From Pecten maximus (lineage: Eukaryota): DNA of 64,000 bases. The DNA lies in the NCBI RefSeq assembly GCF_902652985.1, contig NC_047015.1, positions 46,934,001 through 46,998,000 of the forward strand. Reading direction: 5' to 3'. Numbering within the stretch: position 1 is the stretch's first letter; every line of letters begins with the position of its first letter. This document shows, in pieces, positions 1 through 10,800 of the stretch. The notes beneath the pieces were generated by a model. The model searched no databases and had not been told where the DNA came from. It saw only the letters and a program-made list of their open reading frames with translations. The position numbers and the translations under genes are program-made.

Positions 1-125
1 ATTAATGAATAATGGTACAAAGACGTATCACTTTCTTCATAACTTATTATTTCCACTCCTATACTGGAAAATGGTTTAACAGAGACTGATAAACATTATG
101 ATTTTATTTGGAAAAAGAAACTTAC

Positions 126-1129
126 TTATGGCAGTTTCTGCAATGATCATCATACTGGATGTTGCCTTCATTCATAATTTCTTCTCTCACATTGTTTGTA
201 ACTAGAAACAGGTCAGTAAGAGTCTTCAAAACTTTAAGTCTCTCTTCAACAGGCACAAAGGGGAATTCTTGATGTTCTAGCGATTCTATTGCCACTTTAT
301 ACTCTGGATATCGGTCAGATTCTGTGTCAAGTAGTGCTCGGATTGATTCTGGCCATGTAAAAGCATCAACAAAGAACAACGATATATTGATGCTGTCCTT
401 CATATCTGAAGGACCAAACGCTGTATTATTACCATCTTCTTCACGCCATAATGCCTTATATAATGTTATATGAATTTCTGTCAGCAGAGAAGAAACTTCA
501 TCACTCAATATTGCCGCACAAAAGTCTTCAAAGGTAAACGGAGATATTCTGAGAATGGTACGGAAATGTCGAAGCACTTCATAAATGCTTAAACTTTGCA
601 TAAGGTTTTCAATCGGTATCAACAAGTCTGTTGAACTGGGAGGCAGGTTTAATGGTGTAATATCTTTGTCATCCAGTAGCTCTGGAGTTTTAGGTCTTCT
701 GCCAAAAAACAATTTTCTTCTACCAGCTGAGCTACCTATAGTACTGAAGCTATCATCACTATAATCTGAATCTGAATCTTCATAACTGGCATCTGAAACT
801 GGTTCGTTCTCATCTAGATCATCAAGAACATCACTCACTTTCTCCTCTGTGTCAAGACTTGATCGCGATTGATCATCATCTTCAAATATCATGTTCTGAA
901 TGAAATGTCTACCTCTTTGTGCAGCCTCACGGGACCTACCCCTCCCTTGTCCCCGCACTGGAGTGCCAGGTGTACTGACCGGCGTACTCGACCGAGAACT
1001 TGGGTCACTTGATGGAGTTCCATGGTTTTGATAGGCTTTGGGCTTTCTCAAAAAAGTACTTCTGGGCCTTACGGATGACAAAGGCGTCTTTGGCGGTCGC
1101 CCTCTTCCGCGTCTTCCTCTAGTGGACAT
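126..1129 (-). CDS. BPTF: Nucleosome-remodelling factor subunit BPTF/NURF301, first coding exon (gene continues beyond the left edge of the window)
   Basis: AT-hook-like RGRGRPPK N-terminus, acidic tract, DDT domain (LSIYEVLRHFRTILRISPFTFEDFCAA), WHIM1-like region and start of a PHD finger (YDDHCRNCH). ATG at 1129; phase-2 donor AA|GTAAG at 126/125. Confidence 0.95.
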
Positions 1130-1244
1130 AATGCACACTTTAAAATAATTCCAGGTGCTCTAATGTTCCCTGCTACTGGAAAAAGGCGGCCCTTGTGCAC
1201 ATCGGCAGCCCTCTATATCGGTTTTAGTGTCCATGTTTCAACTT

Positions 1245-1700
1245 TCGGAAGCCGCCATTTTTCTCCAAATTTGATCACGTGATCAACGCAATCGTAATAT
1301 ACAATGGAAGTCCTACAGTTATGTGCGCCTACCTCGAATTTTCATACAGCAATTTCACGATATTTACCTACACTTTGATGATTGTTATCATTTGAACTTT
1401 TTCGTGTGGTGAAATATAGTGTAAAAGCGACTTAAATCGAATAATGTTATTGTTTCTTTCTGATCCGTCTTTCTCGCACCCGATATAAGAGAAACTCGCA
1501 TTGGACGGTTCATTTTAGACCGCATGCAATCAGAACGTTATTATTATGCCCTCTGGTGCCATGATAAGGTATTTCTCAGTTTCATTTGTATATTTTGAAG
1601 ACACTTAAACAGTCAAAGTGATAGTAGACCTATGTGACACAGTTTTAGGAAGAAATGAAAGTTGTTGTTGCATCTTTTATTGACCAATCAAATTTGACTT
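1245..1700. promoter_or_regulatory. Bidirectional BPTF/AIMP2 promoter region
   Basis: Divergent start codons about 700 bp apart. YY1-like GCCGCCATTT at 1251-1260, perfect 16-bp palindrome TTGATCACGTGATCAA (E-box) at 1271-1286, CCAAT boxes near 1500 and 1684. Confidence 0.65.
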
Positions 1701-1836
1701 TACAAACGGATTGCGTTATTGTTTCATTTGAAACACCTTGGGGGTTTTGATCGTATTCAACCGTAATAAGTTATGTACATAAAGAATGGATAAAAAAGAG
1801 ACTTTCCGAACGTCAAAGCGATCCACATGTGGCAGA

Positions 1837-4800
1837 ATGTCGCAAGTAGATGTAATGTATGAAGTTCAGCCTTATTACGACTCAAATGTTGCCTTAAATT
1901 TGCCAGATAATATGTACAAGCTACCAAATATGCAGACACACACAGGCGATACAGGAAAGGTATGTAGTTGACGACAAAACAGATATTTACTATCGAGTCC
2001 ATCAGTACAGTAACTTGCCGGTGATGACATGTACAGGTGTTTAGAAGTTGAAAATATACTTTGTTGTAATCATATATCGATATATATCCGATTATTTATA
2101 AATACTCTTATGATACATAATCTTATAAAACGTCAACTTGTGTCAAATTATAACAATGGCACCACTTTCGTTTTCTCCACAGGGACAAGTCTACTTGTAG
2201 TGACAAAATAAGCCAATCACAGATACCTATGCGGTCTTTTAGCCATTTATACCTGTAATCATTATATAGAAAAACTCTTACTTTAAGTATTTCTGGTTAA
2301 TATTATCAAATAACAGAAACGTTTCATTGTTTTCTCTAATCAGCTTACAAAATTAAGATTAGTTGTGTATGTAAACCCAAGTAATTATATAAGATTTTGC
2401 CATTTTGTGTCATCCTGTCTTCATCCTTAAATTGGGCCATGGGGTATGGCTTTGGGAGCAAAGATCATGTTTCAGAAGATAAAATATGGTTATACAAATA
2501 ATAATTGTCTCATATGGTATGTAGTTATGGGGCCTGAATAATCCGAAATCAATTAACATTTGGCTGGCAAAAAAAAAATGCATCAGTTGAAGTTATTACC
2601 ACCTTTCCATATTTTATGCATTTTTATACAAAAGTCGTTAAAGATGAAACAAAGCTAGGGATTCTTTTATTATGTTTTGTTAATAGATTCCAAATCACTT
2701 TGGCATTTTAAAATTTCAGGATTTACAAATCTCACATAAGACTTTGTCACTAGTTTGTAGCTCTCCTTAATAAGCAACTTATGTAGTTATTAATATGATG
2801 CCTCTCTATCAATGATGTCCTGACTGCTTGTTCTTTTTGAGTGACAATTCAGAAGTATTGATTAAGAGAACATATCATTTAAATCATTTAACTTTGTAAA
2901 AAGATAAATCCTTGATTGATTATGGAAGCATATATTATGTATCATTAAATCATTTACCTTTACGGAAAATAAATCCTCCATCAATTGCAGAATTTAGAAA
3001 TGGAATCTATTTCATGATCCATCAATATTTTTGTCCATAACTGAGTACCTTTATAACTTACATCTCTGATGCCATGATATGTACTGATACAATGGGTTCT
3101 CCACTGAACAGAAGGTGCAGATGCTAAATTTGCCCTATGAATATGCTTCAGTAAAGTAGATATGAAATACATGGTTAAAAATATATCATCCAAAACTGAC
3201 AAATTTATAGTTATCATTAATTCTATGTGCAGTGACATCATTGTTAAGAAGTTGTCCTGTTTTCAATTGGATGCATTTACCATTAGAAATTATTACTTCT
3301 GTTACACACTAGTTAAAGAAATCTTTTAAGAAAAAATTGGAAAGAAAATCTTCATACCAATTTTTAAAGAACATGCCATAAAAATTAAGGGTGACTGTGT
3401 ATGATTGTTTTTTGCATGTTTGAGTGTGTGTACTATAAGTCCGTCCATAGCACTAAGATATCCTGAACAGATCTAGTTTACGTCAGCACCATTATAGCAT
3501 ACCAAAATCAAATTCTACACCAGACCAGACTGATAGTCATCAGATTAGGTAAAATGGTCAAAGGTCACACTTTACCATTTTGAAAAAAATGTTTTTCAGT
3601 AAATGTACACCATTGACTAATGAGCAAATTGGGGGGATACCTTTTCAAACAGGCCCTTGCTTACCTTCTTTTATATTTCGTGTATCACTGCCTAAAACTC
3701 TTCAAAGATGTATCAGTAAATTCTCATGACACAGAGGAATGTCCCTTTGTTATTTCATATTTGTTGCAGAAGTTTATTAGAATATCTTCATTGCATGTCA
3801 CGCCTAGTTTTTCCGAGATTTTTTTGATTTTCATCTATGCTTTTGGTCTTTTATCCAATTCACTCTTTGTATATAATTCAGGATTACCAGGTCACTATGA
3901 TTGGCCATCTATCACTACGCCATAAAAACATATTTTTTCAGGGATATGGACTTGTGTAGTCCAAAATTATAAATTCAAAGGAAATTACAATTAATGCAGG
4001 AAATGCGTCTCTCTCAAGATTCAAACCTTTTCTAATGGAACATACCCAGTATTATAGTGCATGGGAAATCTGACTATGGGAATATAGATCAATGTTGAAT
4101 GATATATAAATGTTACATTTAGTATATCTTTATTTTTCACATTTTATTCATTGTTTATCTGTCATCCTGTTGCAGATATTGCTGTTTTCCATTGTCTAGC
4201 TTAATTATGTGCTAGCTAATTCATAATCTTCTTATCTGTAGCTGTCCAATAAATTAATTCTTTGTGCACTTATTCGACAGCTACAGTTGATGCTTATGAT
4301 TTCTGCTGGATATAGTACGTAATGGATATGACATCACAGTTGTGTTTTTAACACCAGATGATAGTCACTATAAGCATGTCAGAATACTGTGCTTCCAACA
4401 ATGTCTGCACCATTGCAACTTCCTTTTTTAGGGAAATGGACCTGGGTATAGTGGTGAAAGCTGCAGGTATTTCTTACTAGGTGATTAGGTGGCAAAGGTC
4501 ATGAGTTTAAGGCCCAGTTTAAGGACCCAAGTTGTTAAAATTGTATTCCTTAGTAATTTGTTTTCCTATGTTTATTGTTATATTAATGTTATCATTTGAA
4601 TTTCCTGTTGTAATGGTAAAGTGTTGAATACATTCAGACTTGCCATGGTATAAAAAAGATGCAAAATTTATCAGCACCTTTAAAAATATACAGCAATGAT
4701 GTCACTGCTGCTGCGCTGCCGACGTCCTCAGACAAGGCCATCCCTCATGGTGTGTTTCGACCCTTAGCTTGGTACACTCTTAGGATGTGGGTCCACAGTG

Positions 4801-7800
4801 ATGATCAGTCACTGCTTGGCGGTGGTCGGTGTCCAGCTACTCCCTCTTCATCCATACCCAGCATGAAAATCTTTTTGCTGGCTTGGCAATGCTCTGCACC
4901 GCTGATCTTTTAGTCCTGCTAGGTACTCCCAATGCAGATAGCATTCTCCAGACAGACTGTGTGGGGAAGCCTCTACATCCAACCTCCACTGGGTAGCTCC
5001 ACGTCTGCCACCCTCTCTCCCTGCACTCCACCAGCAATGCTTCATACTTTGCTCTCTTCCTTTCGTGGGCTTCTCTGCACCTTTCCTCCCATGGAGCTGT
5101 AAGCTCTATGACAATGATCTTCTTTGTCGTTGGTAATTTAAGAACCATATCCAGTCTAAGGTTGGTTGGTCTGGAAAAGTTAGTCTCTGGTCAAGGTCTA
5201 CAGTCTCCTGTAGACTGCCTGACTGATGATTCCGGAAGTTCTCTCTGAACTTGGAGTGATGTTTCACCTTCCTTCACAGACCTGATCTGTGTATGTATGT
5301 CTGGTGACCCTGGCTGTTACTAGGATATTAAACAAAATAAACCATAAACAATAGTTGACTGGCCTTGTTTACAAATTAGCCATTGACACAGTAGAAAGTT
5401 ATGAATATAAAACTGCCTAGTGCTAGGACTCATCAGTGATGCGAGGGGCTGATAAGGAAAATAAGAACGACAAAAACAAATCAATATGTTAAGATATAGA
5501 AAACCCTATAATTTTATCTATTTCGTGATACAGTCCTTGGATTACGGATATTGGATTACCGTACGTATTAACGGTATTATACCCCCATCAGTAAAGGTTA
5601 ATGGTCAAAGGTCAAACTTTAACACTTTGAAATGAAACCTCATATACAAAATATTTCATAAATCCTTGAGTAGATTAAAATCATTGCATAACATCACATC
5701 AAATTCTACATCTGATTAGATTTTGGTCGTCGTCGGTCAAATGTAAAAGGTCATGCTTGACCACTTTTGAAATAAAAAAATTTTGTACAAGATATCTCTG
5801 AAAACCTGGATAAAAATAGTTCATATCACACAGTCAAGTTCTACACCTGATTAGGCTTTGGTGGTCATCAGTAAAGATTAAACATGAAAGGCCACACTTG
5901 ACCATTTCTAAATACGAAGCTGGTGTACAATAGATAATTTTACCATGTTTGCTATGTAACGCCGGTTTTGATTGGTTTAAAACCATGTATTATTTTCCAA
6001 TAACCCACGCTCGTGCCAATAATACACGGTCGTGAGTCACGGCTATCACAATTTTAAATATCTAATATTCACCTATTTCATAAAAGGTTACTATAGCCGA
6101 GTGGGCTAATGGGTTAGTCTTTCAATATATTTTTATCACGACGCGAGTTCGAATCCTACGGAGGCCCCCCTTTTTTTCTTTTTCTTTTCTTTTTTTTATC
6201 CCTTTTTTTTTTAATTTTCAAAATCAATGCCATATGATAGATGCTCTTGATCGTAGTACTGTATTGCCTGTATATTTCGAATTCATCAACAAATAATACA
6301 ATACTCAAGAAATAAGGTTTTCCCGGGGTTTCTTTGCTGTTTTTCTATTAGAAAGAGGTCAATCTCAGAACTGAACAGTACATGGTAGAATAGAAATAAT
6401 CAACTTTGACTCGTGAATTGTTGCAGGATATACAACTCGGACTCGGATATTTTGCAATTTTGATTAATAACTCAGGCCTGCGGCCTTCGTTATTAATTTA
6501 ATTGCAAAATATCCTCGTCCTCTATGTATATCCTGCAACAATACACGAATCATCGTTAATTATTTCTTAAATATATATATATATATATATCATGAATTCC
6601 TGGACAGATTTAATTTAATGGTAAGCAGCATATTTCTGACTATTTTGGGGGGAACAAAAACTTTCTAGAAACTGGTAAAAACTAATGCAAAAAGATGTGT
6701 TAAATTAGGGAAAACCTTTCCAATATTACCAGTAGTTTACATTACAGGTTCATTACAATTCAACTCTATATCACCTAATGATGACATAATGATGCCCCTG
6801 CTATTGTCCCACTCTTATTGTAAATGTAGGTCAAGATCTCGAATGCCTTAAAGCCTGTCCAGTTGTATTGAATTATTACAGACTTCATATCACACATAAT
6901 AAAATAAGGTATTGTGTAGTTAGCACACACATCTATATTCCTTGTTGTGTAGAGGTGGGCTTGTTCTGTAGGTAAGAGGTAACCAGATACTGCCCCCCTT
7001 ATACACACCTCCCCCTCCCCTAGCATTCCTACAGAGCTGACAAGCCAGTGCCTCATTGCAGGAGCAGTACAGTCTGCACTGTGTGTCATAGCTTCTTCCA
7101 GAACTCTCTTTGAGAACCCTGCACCGGGATATCACTCTTAACTATCTGCTGTACACTGGAGTGCATATTAATACCAAATACTGTATCAGCTATGGGGAAT
7201 GTCATTAGTTCATGTAAGGAGAAAATTGCACAACCATTTCACAGCAACAAGAAGGCCCGGCAAAGTGATATGTTAGTGAAGGGAAAAAAAGAGCAGGCCA
7301 AGCAAAGTGAATTAGCAGAGGAAAAATCAGAAAAGGCCAAGCAAATTGAATTATTAGCAGAGAAACAAAAAAAGGATGAGCAAAGTGAATTAGTGGAGGA
7401 GAAACAGGAAAAGGCAAAGCAAAGTGAATTATCAGGGGAGAAACAAGAAAAGGCAAAACAAAGTGAATTATCAGGGGAGAAACAAGAAAAGGCAAAGCAA
7501 AGTGAATTATCAGGGGAGAAACAAGAAAAGGCAAAACAAAGTGAATTAGTAAAGGAAAAGCAAAAAGAGGTCAAGCAAAGTGAATTACTGGAGGAGAAAC
7601 AGGAAAATGCAAAGCAAAGTGAATTATTAGAGGAGAAACAAGAAAAGGCAAAACAAATTGAATCAGTAGAGGAAAAACAAGAAAAGGCTAAGAAAAGTGT
7701 TATTTTAGTAGATGAAAAACAGGAAAAGGCCAGACAAAATAATGATTTGAATAAGAACTCTGATCATGAAGTAAATACCAAACAATGTGAAATTCTTCAA

Positions 7801-10800
7801 ACACAACCAATAGCCATGCAGAGTGAAGCTGGACAATCTAAATGTTTAGTTGACCATAGTTGTAAAGAAATGCGTGATGATTTCTCAGATGAAGCTGACA
7901 GAACTGGTGAAGGAGATGATATACAAACCTGTGGATTTAGAGATTACAGTCATGAGGAGGATATTAGTGATTGTAAACACAGTATGAATTTGTCAAAAAA
8001 GATTTATGATAATGAAACTGACAGTTGTAACCCTCATATGTCTCTAGAGAATATACACTTTGGAGATCCCATTCCATCAGAAAAACCTGGAGAAGATACA
8101 AATTCAAAGGTATACCAACGGTCAAATATGGTTTGCCATGTAGGAATAAATGAAGATTACTTTTTTTAATGTTCATTTCAGAGTCTGAGGTTAAATTGCA
8201 GTTGATAGGTCAAATATACAGGTCAAAGGTGCAGAGGTCAAATATATAATCGAAATGACCATAGTTGTAAAGAAATGCGTGATGATTTCTCAGATGAAGC
8301 TGACAGAACTGGTGAAGGAGATGATATACAAACCTGTGGATTTAGAGATTACAGTCATGAGGAGGATATTAGTGATTGTAAACACAGTATGAATTTGTCA
8401 AAAAAGATTTATGATAATGAAACTGACAGTTGTAACCCTCATATGTCTCTAGAGAATATACACTTTGGAGATCCCATTCCATCAGAAAAACCTGGAGAAG
8501 ATACAAATTCAAAGGTATACCAACGGTCAAATATGGTTTGCCATGTAGGAATAAATGAAGATTACTTTTTTTAATGTTCATTTCAGAGTCTGAGGTTAAA
8601 TTGCAGTTGATAGGTCAAATATACAGGTCAAAGGTGCAGAGGTCAAATATATAATCGAAATGATAAAAAAAAAATTGGGAAATGGTGAACAATATTGAAA
8701 GTTTTGCAATGTTATTTATAAATGTTAATACATGTACAAGTTTATAAATTCTACTGTATGTGTGGATCCCGATGTCTTTCTTGAGATGAGAACAGTGGTA
8801 TTGTTATTGAAGCACATCACAAATAACAGGGGTCATGCATTGTAGATTTTATGGTATATTATACACAAGGCTTCTGTTCATGGTGTCACAATCTGTTGCC
8901 CATGATAAGTTTACATATTGTTGAATATTTCACTCAGAAATTCTGTGTACCGAATATGACGGCTTTCATTAACAGGTGTGTATTGTACATAAATCAAGAT
9001 TTTCATCTCACACAGGAATGGTTCATATTGTTAAATTGTTGAACCTGTAGTGTTCATATGGAGGTCAGATAAAATATCAGGTGGAAATTTAATTGGTCAC
9101 GTCATTCACACACTTTAAATAAGCTGTCGGTACAAAAATGCAACTTAATTGTTATGTAATCACAATATTATACAATAGCTCACTGGATTTGTCAAACAGA
9201 CAGTCACATCCAAATGTTTATCTGTAATGTCAATTGTCTAATAACACATGTCTGTGAGGTGAGGGAACTCAATGGTGAACTAGGTAGGGTCATATATATA
9301 TGAATTGTTTTCTTCAAGGATTGCTTACAAGATGGTAGCTATGACTCGCTTTTCTCATCTTATCTAATCACTGGTGCATACAACTCTAGATTGGCTTACA
9401 TTAATCTTCTAGACAGGAACATGTTGGATATACTTCATACAAATCTTAGTATCATAACAAATATTGTTAAAATAAATAATGACTGACGATTCATGGTTCG
9501 TACAGATGATGAAAAGTGCTGGAGTTTGGGGTTAGTGCTGGAAAGGTGCTAGAATGTGGGGTCAGCACTTGAAAAGTACTGGAAATTCATACTTGCTTTA
9601 AACCTGCTTTTTCAGATTGCTTACAAATGAGTAATTATCACAAGAAAATTATAAACAGTTTTTTATCGTCGGCATCATTTACTTTACCCGGTAATTTTCC
9701 ATAATATCCAGATAATGAGCACTTTACCTTTCACATTCTTTATTTCTATCATGTTTTAGTAAAAATTTACCTCAGTTTCCTACAAGTTTGGGTAAAAAAT
9801 TCACCTGGAAAATTTTCAAGTGCTGGAAATGTGCTTGAATTTTAGTATGAAAAATATGGATGAACCATGTGATATGACAAAAATGATGGTGAGTGACTAA
9901 AATAACTAGTATTGTATTAGAATATGAATGTACTAAGTGAGGTTGGCTGTCAACAAGTGGATTACAAGAATTCTATACCATAGGACTGGGTACTTTACTT
10001 TTGACTTTGGTGTTAAGCAACTGCGCAAGTGGGGAATGTCACAGGTTTCTGCCCTCTGTTTGATGTACAGTTTTACACCAGTACATTTCTTACCTCTGTT
10101 TGATGTACAGTTTTACACCATAATGTTTCTGCCCTCTGTTTGATGTACAGTTTTACACCATTATGTTTCTGCCCTCTGTTTGATGTATAGTTTTACACCA
10201 TAATGTTTCTGCCCTCTGTTTGATGTACAGTTTTACACCATAATGTTTCTGCCCTCTGTTTGATGTATAGTTTTACACCATAATGTTTCTGCCCTCTGTT
10301 TGATGTACAGTTTTACACCATAATGTTTCTGCCCTCTGTTTGATGTACAGTTTTACACCATAATGTTTCTGCCCTCTGTTTGATGTAGTTTTACACCATT
10401 ACGTTTCTGCCCTCTTTTTGATGTATAGTTTTACACCAGTACGTTTCTGCCCTCTGTTTGATGTATAGTTTTACACCATTACATTTCTGCCCTCTGTTTG
10501 ATGTACAGTTTTACACGAGTACGTTTCTTCCCTCTGTTTGATGTACAGTTTTACACAAGTACGTTTCTGACCTCTGTTTGATGTACAATTTTACACCATT
10601 ATGTTTCTTCCCTCTGTTTGATGTACATTTTTACACCATTATGTTTCTGCCGTCTGTTTGATGTACAGTTTTACACAAGTACGTTTCTGACCTCTGTTTG
10701 ATGTATAGTTTTACACCATTACATTTCTTCCCTCTGTTTGATGTACAGTTTTACACCAGTACATTTCTTCCCTCTGTTTGATGTATAGTTTTACACCAGT

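Noticed and set aside
4715-4800. Hammerhead ribozyme in the retroelement 3' UTR (GAAAC and CTGAGGA motifs on the minus strand)
   Set aside because: I could not form stem II or a suitably placed cleavage triplet.
7205-7574. Antisense hydrophobic/Cys-rich ORFs
   Set aside because: Shadows of the plus-strand 39-nt repeat.
8275-8574. Separate 99-aa gene
   Set aside because: It is the second copy of the 405-bp duplication.
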